Below, piece after piece: positions 11,050 through 21,438 of a stretch of DNA of 64,000 nt. Position numbers and translations under genes: made by a program. The notes beneath the pieces were generated by a model. The model was not told where the DNA came from. It worked only from the letters and a program-made list of their open reading frames with translations, and did not search any database. Each line of letters starts with the position of its first letter. Positions within the stretch are counted from its first letter, which is position 1. Source of the stretch: Vicinamibacteria bacterium. Its GTDB lineage: Bacteria > Acidobacteriota > Vicinamibacteria > Marinacidobacterales > Marinacidobacteraceae. The stretch spans positions 1,792,001 through 1,856,000 of the forward strand of contig CAXXLQ010000004.1 of NCBI GenBank assembly GCA_963668695.2, in the 5' to 3' direction.

Positions 11050-11246
11050 CAACCCATGGACAAAGTCACGCGGCGTTCGAGCGGCGATGCATCCCGGCTG
11101 AAACACTCCGCTGCGCGTCGCTCATCGTTGCGCTTCGGTCGAAATACACCAGGTATTCCTCCCTCGCGCGCCTTGTCAGCCGGGCGCCTCGCCCCCACCG
11201 GGAGAACTGGCGCTCTCGGCGCTCACGTCACCTTGTCCATAGGCTG
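11050..11246. mobile_element. MITE-like family A copy 3 (intergenic)
   Basis: Ends CAACCCATGGACAA..TTGTCCATAGGCTG; shared core. Confidence 0.8.
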
Positions 11247-11294
11247 CCAGGCAATCGATCCGCTCATGAAGCAGCGAAAGGACCCCTGCCAGTC

Positions 11295-12002
11295 GTGATG
11301 ATGATCCAGGCCTCCGGCCTCACCAAGACCGTCAAGAGCGGCGATCGGGACCTCACCATCCTCAGCGGGCTCGACCTCGAAGTTCCGGCGGGGGAGATCG
11401 TCTGCGTCCGGGGACCCTCGGGCAGCGGCAAGTCCACGCTCTTCGGCCTGCTGGCGGGTCTCGACCACCCGACCACCGGGACCGTGGAGGTGGCCGGCAC
11501 CGATCTCACCGGCCTCGACGAGGAGAGCCTGGCGCTCTTCCGTTCCCGGAACGTCGGCTTCGTCTTCCAGTCGTTCCACCTCCTGCCGAACCTCACCGCG
11601 CTGGAAAACGTCGCGGTACCGCTCGAGATCGCGGGAGCCCGCGACGCGCTCGATCGCGCCCGGGAACTTCTCGATTCCTTCGGGATCGGCGAGCGGGGGC
11701 ATCACCTGCCATCGCAGATGTCCGGCGGCGAGCAGCAGCGGGTCGCCATCGCCCGGGCCGTCTCCAACGAGCCGCGCGTGGTGTTCGCCGACGAGCCCAC
11801 CGGCAACCTCGACGAGGAGACGGGGGCCCGGATCGCCGAACTGCTCGTCGGAGTGCGCGACCGCACCGGCGCCACCGTGCTGGTCGCCACCCACGACACC
11901 GAGCTGGCCGCCCGCGCCGACCGCCGGCTGCTGCTCCGCGGCGGCCGGCTCCACGAAGACGCGCCCGTCCCGGCGCTCGAGCCGGTGCTGGCCGCCGTCT
12001 AA
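11295..12002 (+). CDS. ABC transporter ATP-binding protein (YbbA/LolD-like)
   Basis: GPSGSGKST, MSGGEQQR, ADEPTGNLD. Confidence 0.95.
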   Translation: MMMIQASGLTKTVKSGDRDLTILSGLDLEVPAGEIVCVRGPSGSGKSTLFGLLAGLDHPTTGTVEVAGTDLTGLDEESLALFRSRNVGFVFQSFHLLPNLTALENVAVPLEIAGARDALDRARELLDSFGIGERGHHLPSQMSGGEQQRVAIARAVSNEPRVVFADEPTGNLDEETGARIAELLVGVRDRTGATVLVATHDTELAARADRRLLLRGGRLHEDAPVPALEPVLAAV

Positions 12003-12235
12003 CAGCCCGTGGACAAACCGCCCCGCATCGAGTCCGCGGGAACGAACACGCGCGAGGCGCCGTCTTCGCTGGATGCGGGGCGCTTCCCCCACGGGGTGAC
12101 GGTGCGCATCGCTACGCGCGGCGCATCGTCCTCTTTCGCGGGGCGGGGAAACTCTTTCGCGGGGCGGGGAAACTCTTTCGCGGGGCGGGAAAACCCCTCC
12201 CCGCACCCCTCCCCTGCGACGCTTCGCGCCGCAAT
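12003..12235. repeat. Family C interspersed repeat, copy 1, with an internal 21-bp x3 tandem expansion
   Basis: Colinear with 51743-51930 (CGCCCCGCA..TGCGGGGCGCTT..AAACCCCTCCCC.CACCCCTCCCC). Confidence 0.7.
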
Positions 12236-12294
12236 CGGAACCTGGCGGACTCTCGCCACCGCGCCTTAAGGCGGACACGGGCAGGCAACTCGTA

Positions 12295-14826
12295 GTGCGG
12301 TTCGCGCTCCGGATGGCGTTCCGGGAACTTCGTTCGTCCGCCCGCCGGCTCTCGCTCTTCTTCGTCGCGGTGGGCATCGGCGTCGCGGCGATCGTGGTGC
12401 TCCGCTCGGCGGCCGACAGCCTGCAGTCGGCGCTTACCAACGAGTCGCGCTTCCTGATGGCCGCCGACGTGACCGTTTCCACCGGGGAGGGCTTCGACGA
12501 CGAAATCGAGGCCATCGTCGACGACGTCGCCTCCGGACACCCCCTCACCGGGGTGGCGCGCTCGGCCCAGATCGCGACCCTCGCGCGCTCGGCCGACGAC
12601 CCCCTGCGGGGCGCGATGGTGGAGCTCAAGGCCGTGGACGGCGCGTTCCCGCTCTACGGCGAGATGGAGATCGCGGGGGCCCGCTTCGGGCCGGAGCTGC
12701 TCGCCGGACGGGGGGCGCTGGTCCGGCCCGAGGTGCGGGTCCGGCTGGGCCTCGAGATCGGGGATCCGATCCTCCTCGGCGGGGAGCCCTTCGAAGTGCG
12801 CGGCGACCTGCTCAAGGAACCGGGCGCCGGGATCGATTTCTTCCGGCGCGGGCCGCGGGTGCTGGTCGGGCTCTCCGATCTGCTCGAAACCGGCCTCTTG
12901 GACGTCCCGGAACGCGCCCGCTGGGAGGTCCTGTTCTCCGTGGACAGCGAGGCGGCGGTCGGCGGGCTCTCCGCGGGACTCCAGGCCGCGCTCGAGGACC
13001 ATCCGGTCCGGGTGCGGACCTACCGCCAGACCGGCGACCGGATCGCCCGCCGGATACGCCGGGGCGAGGACTACCTGAGCCTCGCGGGATTCGTGATCCT
13101 GCTGCTCGGGGGGATCGGCGTCTTCAGCGTGGCGCGGGCCTTCACCCGCCAGAGCCTGCCGTCGGCGGCCATCGAGCGCTGCCTCGGGGTTCCCTCGCGC
13201 ACGATCCTGCTGATCGCGCTGCTGCAGATGGCGGTCCTCGCCGGGTTGGCGAGCGCTTTCGGCATCGCCGCCGGAGCAGTGGCGCTGCAACTCTTCATCC
13301 CCGAGGTGGAAGTGGGCGGCCTCCAGATCGCGGCGCGCCTCACCCCCGCGGCCGCGATGCAGGGTGCGTTTACCGGAGGGTTGGTCTCGCTGTTGTCCGC
13401 CGTGTTCCCGCTGCTGCCGCTCCGCCGGGTCCGGCCGCTCGGGCTGCTCCGGAGCGGGGACATGCTGGACGAGCGGGGGTCTCCGGGCGCGCGGCGGCTC
13501 GAAGGAGCGGTGGCGGCCGGGGCCGTCTTGCTGTTCTTCGGGCTGGCGGGCTGGCAGTCAGGGTCGCTCCGCATCACGCTGGCGGTCACCGGCGGGTTCG
13601 TGGTCGTCGCGGTGACGCTCTGGATCCTGGGCGGCCTGATCCTCCGCGCCCTGGCCCCGCTCGCGACGGCCCGCGCGTTTGCGGTCCGCCACGCGGTGCG
13701 CACCGTGCTCCGGGGCGCCCGGCAGGTGCGGGTGGTGCTCGTCGCCCTCGGCGTCGGGGTGTTCCTGGTGCTCGCCACGGTGGGCATCGAACGCAACGTG
13801 CAGCGCGAGTTCTCCTTCCAGGAGAGCAGCGACGACCCCGATCTGTTCTTCCTGGACATTCAGGCCGACCAGGTGGACGGGGTCCGCGCGAACGCGGCGG
13901 CCCGGGGGGTGCCCGACATCGCGCTGATTCCGGTGCTGCAGGCGCGGATCCAGGGGATCTTCGGCCGCGACGTCCACCTCGAGGACCGGGCCGCGGTGCG
14001 GCGCGCCGGCGGGCTCTCGCGGGAATACACGGTGAGCGCGCGCGACTCGCTCGAAGACAACGAGATCGTCACCGAGGGCGAGTTCTGGGGCGACCGTCCG
14101 GCGGAAGGCGTCGAGGTCTCCATCGAGAACTGGGTGCAGGAGGACCGCGGCGTCCAGCTCGGGGACACGATGCGTTTCGAGATCCTGGGCGAGATGCTCG
14201 ACGCCCGGGTCACCTCCATCCGCGACGTGGAGTGGCGAAACGCGCGAAACGGCGGCTTCACCTTCCTCTTCCACCCGGACAACGTCCAGGACTTCCCGAT
14301 GTCCTACGCGGGGTTCGTGCGGGGTCCCGACGACGTGGTGGAGCGGGCCCGCTTCCAGGGCGCGGTGGTGGGGGAATTCCCGAACGTCTCGGTGGTGGAT
14401 CTCCGCGACGTGCTGGACACGATGCAGCAGGTGGCCGACAGCGTCGCGCTCGCGATTCGCATCGTGGGCCTCATCGCCCTCGTGGGCGGCCTGCTCATCC
14501 TGATCGGCACCGTGGCGGTGCACATCGGCGCCCGCCGCCGCGAGACCGCGGTGCTCCGCGTCTTCGGAGCGGGGCGCAACCGGGTGCTCGCGATCACCCT
14601 GCTGGAACACGGCGTCATCGGCGCGGTCGCAGGGGCCGCCGCCGCCGTGGGCGCTTCCGCGACGGCCTTCTTCGTGGTGCGGCAGATCATGCTGCTCCCC
14701 TTCGAGGCGGACCCGATGCTCCTGCTGCTCGCGATCGTCCTCCCGGCGCTCGGCGCGGCCGCGGTCGGTGGCCTCGCCGCGGTGGACATCCTCCGCAAGA
14801 AACCCCTCGCCGTCCTCGCGGACTGA
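12295..14826 (+). CDS. ABC transporter permease (YbbP/FtsX-like)
   Basis: ELKAVDGAFPLYG, FFLDIQ motifs; two TM clusters; tesA-ybbA-ybbP synteny. Confidence 0.92.
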   Translation: MRFALRMAFRELRSSARRLSLFFVAVGIGVAAIVVLRSAADSLQSALTNESRFLMAADVTVSTGEGFDDEIEAIVDDVASGHPLTGVARSAQIATLARSADDPLRGAMVELKAVDGAFPLYGEMEIAGARFGPELLAGRGALVRPEVRVRLGLEIGDPILLGGEPFEVRGDLLKEPGAGIDFFRRGPRVLVGLSDLLETGLLDVPERARWEVLFSVDSEAAVGGLSAGLQAALEDHPVRVRTYRQTGDRIARRIRRGEDYLSLAGFVILLLGGIGVFSVARAFTRQSLPSAAIERCLGVPSRTILLIALLQMAVLAGLASAFGIAAGAVALQLFIPEVEVGGLQIAARLTPAAAMQGAFTGGLVSLLSAVFPLLPLRRVRPLGLLRSGDMLDERGSPGARRLEGAVAAGAVLLFFGLAGWQSGSLRITLAVTGGFVVVAVTLWILGGLILRALAPLATARAFAVRHAVRTVLRGARQVRVVLVALGVGVFLVLATVGIERNVQREFSFQESSDDPDLFFLDIQADQVDGVRANAAARGVPDIALIPVLQARIQGIFGRDVHLEDRAAVRRAGGLSREYTVSARDSLEDNEIVTEGEFWGDRPAEGVEVSIENWVQEDRGVQLGDTMRFEILGEMLDARVTSIRDVEWRNARNGGFTFLFHPDNVQDFPMSYAGFVRGPDDVVERARFQGAVVGEFPNVSVVDLRDVLDTMQQVADSVALAIRIVGLIALVGGLLILIGTVAVHIGARRRETAVLRVFGAGRNRVLAITLLEHGVIGAVAGAAAAVGASATAFFVVRQIMLLPFEADPMLLLLAIVLPALGAAAVGGLAAVDILRKKPLAVLAD

Positions 14827-14849
14827 TCAGGGAGACCGCGTACCGCCGA

Positions 14850-15085
14850 GCGCGCAGAAGCGCGGGGACACCCAGTGCTAGGAGCGCCGGTCTTCAGGCC
14901 CCCACCGGGAGAACTGGCCAGCATCGCCCGCGTAGCGGGCGAAACTCCCATCGCCGAGCGCGCAGAACGGGGACGGCTAGAAGCGCCGACCTCCAGGTCG
15001 GCACAGCCCGCCGCAGGCGGGCGGAGTCGCGTATCGCTGAATTGCGTCGAGCGCGGCCGAGCACGGGACCGCCGACCTCCAGTCC
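14850..15085. repeat. REP-like family B cluster
   Basis: GGAGCGCCGGTCTTCAG.., GCGCCGACCTCCAGGTCGGC hairpins, GCGAAACTCCCATCGCCGAGCGCGCAGAA linker. Confidence 0.8.
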
Positions 15086-15243
15086 CCCATTGTTGACCTT
15101 GTTGATTCACTCGGAATGGGCAGCGGCGATCTATTCAGGTATCTTCCGTTCTTCTATCTTCTGTTCTTCGGGGGCCTTATCTTGCCGCTGCTTCTGACTA
15201 TCGTCCGCTGTTCTCGAAGGGCGGGCGCCTGAAGGTACTGAGC

Positions 15244-17742
15244 GTGGGCACGGTTTTGTGGTTGTGGTTCGCCCTGATGGGGCAGCCCTCGGGAGACAGT
15301 GCGTCCCGCACGGCGCCCACAGCGCCCTTCCCGGAGCACGATGCCCCTGTCCTCGCCCCTGTCCTCGCAAACGCGGCGGACCTCACCGGCGTGGTCCAGC
15401 GCTACTGCGTCCGCTGCCACAACGAGCGTCTCCTGCGCGGGAATCTCACGCTGAAGGAGTTCGTCGTGGACGCGGCGCATGAGCGGGCCCCGACAGCCGA
15501 GAAGATGATCCGGAAGCTGCGGGCCGGGATGATGCCGCCGCCGGGCCAGCGCCGCCCGCCGCCCGACACGCTGCTCGCCCTGGTCGAGACGCTCGAGACC
15601 GTGGTCGACCGCGAGGCCGCCCGCGACCAGAACCCCGGCTCGCGGCGCTTCCAGCGGCTGAACCAGGCCGAGTACGAGCGCGTAATCCGCGATCTCCTCG
15701 ATCTCGAAATCGAGGCCGGTCGCTGGCTGCCGGCGGACACCTACCTCGGCGCCTTCGACAACATGTCGGACGCGCAGGGTCTCTCGCCTACCCTCCTCGA
15801 GGCCTACCTGAGGGCCGCCACGGAGGTTAGCCGGATCGCCGTTGGCAACCCGGACGCGCTCTCCAAGACGGCCAAGTACACGAATCCGATCGACGTCTCG
15901 CAGCACGCCTGGGATCACATCGAGGGCACGCCGTACGGGACGCGCGGCGGGATGGTCGTCACCCACGACTTCCCGGTGGACGGGGAGTACGTGATCTCGA
16001 TCGAGACCCTCTTCGGCCAGGGGACCGGCTTTCAGGATGTCGACATCTCCATCGACGGGGAGGGCGTCGCCCTCCTCGGCCTCGAGCACGGCGGCCGCTC
16101 GACGGTGCCGATCCGCACCGAATCGATCTTCGTGCGGGCGGGCCAGCGCCAGGTCGCGGTGGCCTTCGTGCGCACGATCGAGGGGCCGTACGAGGACCGC
16201 CTGAAGACGCCGGGCTGGTCCTTCGTCGGAGGCGAGGACTCCCAGGCGTGGGCGAACTACGGGATCACGGCGCTGCCACACCTGAGCGAACTGATGATCA
16301 CCGGCCCGCGCCGCAGTGCGGGGCTTTCGGAGACGGCGAGCCGCCGAAAGATCTTCAACTGCCATCCGGGATGGGGTGGGGCGACGGTGGCGGACGTTCC
16401 CGAGGAGGCCTGGGCCTGCGCGGAGTCGATCGTGATCCGGCTCGCACGCGAGGCGTACCGGCGTCCGGTCACGGACGACGATCTCGCCGGGCCGATGGCC
16501 TTCTACGGTCGCGCCGCAGCGGAGGAGGGATTCGAGATCGGCGTTCGGACCGCGCTCCAGGCGATCCTCGCCAGCCCGTCCTTCATCTTCCGTCTCGAGC
16601 AGGCTCCGCCGGAGGTCCTGCCCGGTGAGAGCTACCGGATCGCGGACGTGGACCTCGCGTCGCGGCTCTCGTTCTTCCTCTGGGCGGCAGGCCCGGATGA
16701 CGAACTAGTGACGCTGGCCGCGGAGGGACGGCTCTCGGATCCGGCGGTTCTCGAGTCGCAGGTGCGGCGGATGCTGGCGGACCCGCGGGCCGAGGCGCTT
16801 TCAACGCGCTTCGCCTCGCAGTGGCTGCGGCTTCAGGACGCGGAGGATAACCAGCCCGAGCCCTTTCTCTATCCGGACTTCACCGGCCAGCTCCGCGAGG
16901 ACCTGGTCCGTGAAACGCAGCTCTTCTTCGACCACCTCGTGCGCGAGGACGGAAGTCTGCTCGAACTCTTCACGGCGGACTACACCTTCCTGAACGAGCG
17001 CCTCGCGGCGCACTACGGGATTCCCGGGGTCTCGGGGCCCGAGTTCCGGCGCGTGAGCTACCCGTACGACAGCCACAGCCGGCGCGGCGTGCTGGGGCAC
17101 GGAAGCGTGCTGCTGCTCACGTCGATGTCCGCGCGCACGTCGCCGGTCCTGCGCGGGAAGTGGGTGATGGAGGTGCTGATGGGCACGCCGCCTCCGCCCC
17201 CGCCGCCCGACATCCCCGCCTTCGACGAAACCGAATCGGCCCGGGACGGGCGGCTGCTCACAACGCGCGAACGGCTCGAGATGCATCGGGCGAATCCGAC
17301 GTGCCGCGCGTGCCACCGGTTCATGGACCCGATCGGACTCGCGCTCGACAACTACGACGTGACGGGGCGGGTGCGGGTTCGCGAGAACGGCGTCGCGCTC
17401 GACACGCGGGGAACCTTCTACGACGGGACCGAGGTGAGCACGCCTGCCGAACTCGTCGACGTCCTCATGAAGCGGCCGATCCCCCTGGTCCGGAACTTCA
17501 CGACGCACCTGCTCGCGTACGCGATCGGACGCCGCGTGGAGTACTTCGACCAACCCGGGATCCGGGCCATCGCCCGCGAGGCGGAGGCCAACGACTACCG
17601 AATGTCCTCGTTCATCCTCGGCGTCGTGAACAGCGACCCGTTCCGGATGGCGCGTCCCGCGCCCGCCGTGGACGAGCAGGAAGAAGAGCAGGAAGAATCA
17701 GAAGAATCCGAAAATCGGACAAGAAACGGAGCGGGCTCATGA
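15244..17742 (+). CDS. DUF1592/1588/1585-type (PSD/PSCyt) cytochrome c domain protein
   Basis: CxxCH motifs CVRCH and CRACH; LASRLSFFLW; RTSPVLRGKW. Confidence 0.9.
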   Translation: MGTVLWLWFALMGQPSGDSASRTAPTAPFPEHDAPVLAPVLANAADLTGVVQRYCVRCHNERLLRGNLTLKEFVVDAAHERAPTAEKMIRKLRAGMMPPPGQRRPPPDTLLALVETLETVVDREAARDQNPGSRRFQRLNQAEYERVIRDLLDLEIEAGRWLPADTYLGAFDNMSDAQGLSPTLLEAYLRAATEVSRIAVGNPDALSKTAKYTNPIDVSQHAWDHIEGTPYGTRGGMVVTHDFPVDGEYVISIETLFGQGTGFQDVDISIDGEGVALLGLEHGGRSTVPIRTESIFVRAGQRQVAVAFVRTIEGPYEDRLKTPGWSFVGGEDSQAWANYGITALPHLSELMITGPRRSAGLSETASRRKIFNCHPGWGGATVADVPEEAWACAESIVIRLAREAYRRPVTDDDLAGPMAFYGRAAAEEGFEIGVRTALQAILASPSFIFRLEQAPPEVLPGESYRIADVDLASRLSFFLWAAGPDDELVTLAAEGRLSDPAVLESQVRRMLADPRAEALSTRFASQWLRLQDAEDNQPEPFLYPDFTGQLREDLVRETQLFFDHLVREDGSLLELFTADYTFLNERLAAHYGIPGVSGPEFRRVSYPYDSHSRRGVLGHGSVLLLTSMSARTSPVLRGKWVMEVLMGTPPPPPPPDIPAFDETESARDGRLLTTRERLEMHRANPTCRACHRFMDPIGLALDNYDVTGRVRVRENGVALDTRGTFYDGTEVSTPAELVDVLMKRPIPLVRNFTTHLLAYAIGRRVEYFDQPGIRAIAREAEANDYRMSSFILGVVNSDPFRMARPAPAVDEQEEEQEESEESENRTRNGAGS

Positions 17743-19166
17743 ACTTCATCACCGGAACACACCTCTCGCGCCGCACCTTCCTGCGGGGGGCCGGCGCCAG
17801 CGTGGCGCTGCCCCTGCTCGACGCGATGGTTCCCGCCGGACGGCTGTGGGCCAACCCGAGGAGGGCGGCGGGATTTACGCGGCTCGTCTGCATCGAGGAG
17901 TCGATGGGCGTGGCCGGCTCGAGCGACTGGGGCGATGTCCGCCACCTCTTCGCGCCGGCGACGACCGGACGCGGCTTCGAGCTGGTCGCGGACAGCCAGC
18001 TCAAACCGCTGGAGGCGTTCCGCGAGTACATGACGATCGTGAGCAACACGGACTGTCGATCGGCGGAAGCGTTTCGGGCGGAGGAGATCGGCGGCGACCA
18101 CGACCGATCGACGGCGGTGTTCCTGACCCAGGCCCATCCGAAGCAGACGCAGGGGTCCGACCTCTTCCTCGGCACTTCGCTCGACCAGCTGCATGCGCAG
18201 CGCTTCGGGCGGGAGACGGTGCTCCCGTCGCTCGAACTCTGCATCGAGGGCATCGATCGCGGCGGCGGCTGCGCGTACAACTACCACTGCGCGTACACGA
18301 CCTCGCTCGCGTGGGCCTCGCCCAACCAGCCGCTTCCGGCGATCCGCGAGCCGCGCGTCGTGTTCGAGCGGCTGTTCGGCGCCGGGGACACGGCCGAGGA
18401 CCGAGCGGCGCGGCGCCGCACGGACCGCAGCATGATCGACTGGATCGCGACCGAGGTCACTCGGCTCAAGAGAACTCTGGGCGCGGCGGACCGGGTCGCG
18501 CTGGACGAGTACGTCGAGCACATCCGCGAGATCGAACGGAGGATCCAGCTCGTCGAGGCGCGCAATACGAGCGGGGAGGAACGGGAGATGCCGGAGGCCC
18601 CCTCCGGGGTCCCGGATTCCTTCGAGGAGCACATGCAGTTGATGTTCGACCTGCAACTGCTCGCGCTGCAGACCGACCTCACGCGCGTCATCACCTTCAA
18701 GACGGGCTTCGATCAGTCGAACCGGACGTTCCCCGACTGCGGGACGACGAAGTCCGTCCACGGGGCCTCGCACCACGGCAACGTCCCCGAGGACATCATG
18801 GACTTCAACCGGATCAACACCTACCGGCTCGGCCAGCTCGCCTACTTCCTCGAGAAGATGCGCGACACGGTGGAAGGCGACGCCTCGCTCCTCGACAAGA
18901 CGGCGATCATCTGGGGCTCTCCGATGGCGGACGGGAACCTCCACAACCACCGGCGAGCGCCGCTGCTCGTTCTGGGCGGGGCGAACGGGGCGCTGGAGGG
19001 CGGCCTCCATCTGCGGGCTCCGGACGGGACCCCAATGGCGAACGCCTTCGTGAGCCTGATGCGGAAGATCGGACACCCGGAGATGGCCACTTTCGGCGAC
19101 AGCGACGGCGTGTTCCCGCTCGACCTCACGGGCGAAGCGGCCTCCGGCGGGAGCGGCTCGGCATGA
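17739..19166 (+). CDS. DUF1552 (HxxSHH) protein with Tat signal
   Basis: SRRTFLRG..LPLLDAM; HGASHH; typical partner of DUF1592. Confidence 0.9.
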   Translation: MNFITGTHLSRRTFLRGAGASVALPLLDAMVPAGRLWANPRRAAGFTRLVCIEESMGVAGSSDWGDVRHLFAPATTGRGFELVADSQLKPLEAFREYMTIVSNTDCRSAEAFRAEEIGGDHDRSTAVFLTQAHPKQTQGSDLFLGTSLDQLHAQRFGRETVLPSLELCIEGIDRGGGCAYNYHCAYTTSLAWASPNQPLPAIREPRVVFERLFGAGDTAEDRAARRRTDRSMIDWIATEVTRLKRTLGAADRVALDEYVEHIREIERRIQLVEARNTSGEEREMPEAPSGVPDSFEEHMQLMFDLQLLALQTDLTRVITFKTGFDQSNRTFPDCGTTKSVHGASHHGNVPEDIMDFNRINTYRLGQLAYFLEKMRDTVEGDASLLDKTAIIWGSPMADGNLHNHRRAPLLVLGGANGALEGGLHLRAPDGTPMANAFVSLMRKIGHPEMATFGDSDGVFPLDLTGEAASGGSGSA

Positions 19167-21349
19167 GGGGCGCCGCGGTGTCGCTCAACAGCCTGTGGAT
19201 GAAGTGGCGTGAGCGCCGAGGCGGGCGAGGCGCCCGGCTGACAAGGCGCATGAGGGAGGAGCCCCCACCGGGAGAACTGGCCCGAGTGTATTTCGACCGA
19301 AATGCAACGCAGAGCGGAACGAAGTGGAGCGGTTCAGCCGGGATGCATCGCTCGCCGAGCCCCCACCGGGAGAACTGGGCCGCGTCACTTCATCTGCAGG
19401 CTGTTTTGGTCGCGGCAATCCTCCCCGCGGCCCTGGCGGCGCAGGACACGTCGCCCGGCGCGGACGAGCGGCTGCTCGCGGCCGCCCGCGACGGGCAAGT
19501 CGAAGTCGTACGGTCCCTCCTGCGGGAGGGGGCGGACGTGAACGCGGCGCGCGGCGACGGGTTGACCGCGCTGCACCTGGCCGCCGAGGGCGGGCATCGG
19601 GCCGTGGCCGATGCGCTGGTCGCGGCTGGCGCCGCGGTCGACGCCGGCACGCGCATCGGTCGCTATACGCCGCTCCAGGTGGCCGCCGAGGGCGGGCATG
19701 GCGCCGTCGTCGCGCGCCTGCTCGAAGCCGGGGCGGACCCGAACGCTCGGACGACGAACAGCGGCGTGACCGCGCTGCACCTCGCCGCCGGCGCCATCGA
19801 TGGCCGGTCGGCCGTGGCCGCGCTGCTCGACCACGGCGCGGATCCGAACGCCCGGGAGGGGTCGGCGGGGCAGACGCCCCTGATCTTCGCGGCGGTCGCG
19901 AACCGGGCCGCTGCCGTGACCGCGTTGCTCGCCGCCGACGCCGACCCCGGCATCACGACCGCCGTGGTCGACGTCCTGCCCGCTCTGGCGCTGGACCGGG
20001 AAGCCAACCGCCGCTTCCGCGACATAATCGGCGCGCCGCCGGAAACGCTCGGACCGTACGGGCCCGAGGTGGACCCGGAAGCCGAATCGCCGGGCGAGCC
20101 CAGCCCGGCCCATGTCCAGGCGGCCGTCCGCGCGCAACGCGACTTTCTCCGCTCCGGCTACGACGTCGGTGACGTGAGCCCGCACTCGCTCGGCCGCGTG
20201 GGGCCCGACTACCCGGGCGGTCCCGACCTCGTGCGCCCGCCCTACCGCGAGGTCCTCGTCGGCCGGACCGGCGCACTGACCGCGCTATTGCACGCCGCCC
20301 GCGAGGGCCATATCGAAGCCGCGACGGCCCTCGCGGGCGGCGGCGCGGACCTGGATCAGGTGAGCGCGGACGGCACCAGCCCACTCCTGATGGCGACGCT
20401 CAACGGCCAGTTCGACCTGGCGCTCGTCCTCATCGAGCGCGGAGCCGATCCCGATCTTGCCGCTTCGACGGACGGCGCCACGCCGCTCTTCGCCGTCCTC
20501 CAGACCCAGTGGGCGCCAAAGTCCAACTATCCGCAGCCGCGCGCGCAGGACTTGCAGGAGGCCGAACACCTGGACGTGCTCCGCGCGCTGCTCGAAGCCG
20601 GGGCCGATCCCAACCCCCGCCTGAACACGCACGCTTGGTACTGGGAATACGGTCTCACCAAGTTGGGGATCGACCTCACCGGGGCGACGCCGTTCTGGCG
20701 GGCCGTCTTCGCCCAGGATCTCGAGGCGATGAGACTGCTCGTCGCGCACGGAGCGGATCCCCACATTCCCACCCGCTGGCCCGAGGTCGGGATGCGGGAG
20801 CGCCGGCAGCAGGACGGCCGCCAGCAGGAGGACTCCGCGCTGCCCTGGATCCCGGAGGGGGCGCCGAACGCCTGGCCGATCCATGCCGCGGCGGGGGGCG
20901 GATATCTGGGACTGGGCGCGTTCAGCGTTCGGAACCGACCCGATCAGTTCATTCCCGCCGTGAAGTACCTGATCGAGGAACTGGGCGCGGACGTGAACCA
21001 GCGAGACTCCTGGCTCTACACCCCGATGCACTACGCGGCTTCCCGGGGCGACAACGAACTCATCGAGTACCTCGTGTCGCAGGGCGGGGACGTCACCGCG
21101 ATCACCCGCCTCGGACAGTCCACCGCCGACATGGCGCGCGGAGGCCGGGCCGGGTTCTTCACCCGCGTCCCGTACCCGGAGACGGTCGAGTTGCTGACCA
21201 GTCTCGGCGCGACGCTCGAGTGTCTCCACACGCACTTCCTGGATACCGGAGACTTCTGCCCCGCCGCGGGCGTCAACGACCCGTGGGCGCCGGCCGCGAC
21301 GGATGAGGAGCAAAAGCGGTCCGATTCCGGGAAGACGGGGTCGCGCTGA
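19163..21349 (+). CDS. Secreted ankyrin-repeat protein with an in-frame 219-bp MITE in its signal peptide
   Basis: Many GxTALHxAA..GADxN repeats; ATGA overlap with the DUF1552 stop. Confidence 0.88.
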   Translation: MRGAAVSLNSLWMKWRERRGGRGARLTRRMREEPPPGELARVYFDRNATQSGTKWSGSAGMHRSPSPHRENWAASLHLQAVLVAAILPAALAAQDTSPGADERLLAAARDGQVEVVRSLLREGADVNAARGDGLTALHLAAEGGHRAVADALVAAGAAVDAGTRIGRYTPLQVAAEGGHGAVVARLLEAGADPNARTTNSGVTALHLAAGAIDGRSAVAALLDHGADPNAREGSAGQTPLIFAAVANRAAAVTALLAADADPGITTAVVDVLPALALDREANRRFRDIIGAPPETLGPYGPEVDPEAESPGEPSPAHVQAAVRAQRDFLRSGYDVGDVSPHSLGRVGPDYPGGPDLVRPPYREVLVGRTGALTALLHAAREGHIEAATALAGGGADLDQVSADGTSPLLMATLNGQFDLALVLIERGADPDLAASTDGATPLFAVLQTQWAPKSNYPQPRAQDLQEAEHLDVLRALLEAGADPNPRLNTHAWYWEYGLTKLGIDLTGATPFWRAVFAQDLEAMRLLVAHGADPHIPTRWPEVGMRERRQQDGRQQEDSALPWIPEGAPNAWPIHAAAGGGYLGLGAFSVRNRPDQFIPAVKYLIEELGADVNQRDSWLYTPMHYAASRGDNELIEYLVSQGGDVTAITRLGQSTADMARGGRAGFFTRVPYPETVELLTSLGATLECLHTHFLDTGDFCPAAGVNDPWAPAATDEEQKRSDSGKTGSR
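19189..19403. mobile_element. MITE-like family A copy 4 (in frame in ankyrin gene; two 21-bp inserts)
   Basis: IR CAGCCTGTGGATGAAGTGGCG / CGTCACTTCATCTGCAGGCTG. Confidence 0.85.
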
Positions 21350-21438
21350 CCGACGCCCGCTGACCGACACCCGCTGACCGACACCGAGGCCCCGAGCAGC
21401 AGTTTGGAGCGCCGGCCGGGCCGATCAACGGAGAGAGC

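Noticed and set aside
17846-21349. Single 1167-aa ORF
   Set aside because: The first ~440 aa are an off-frame shadow of the DUF1552 gene; the real start is the coupled ATG at 19163.
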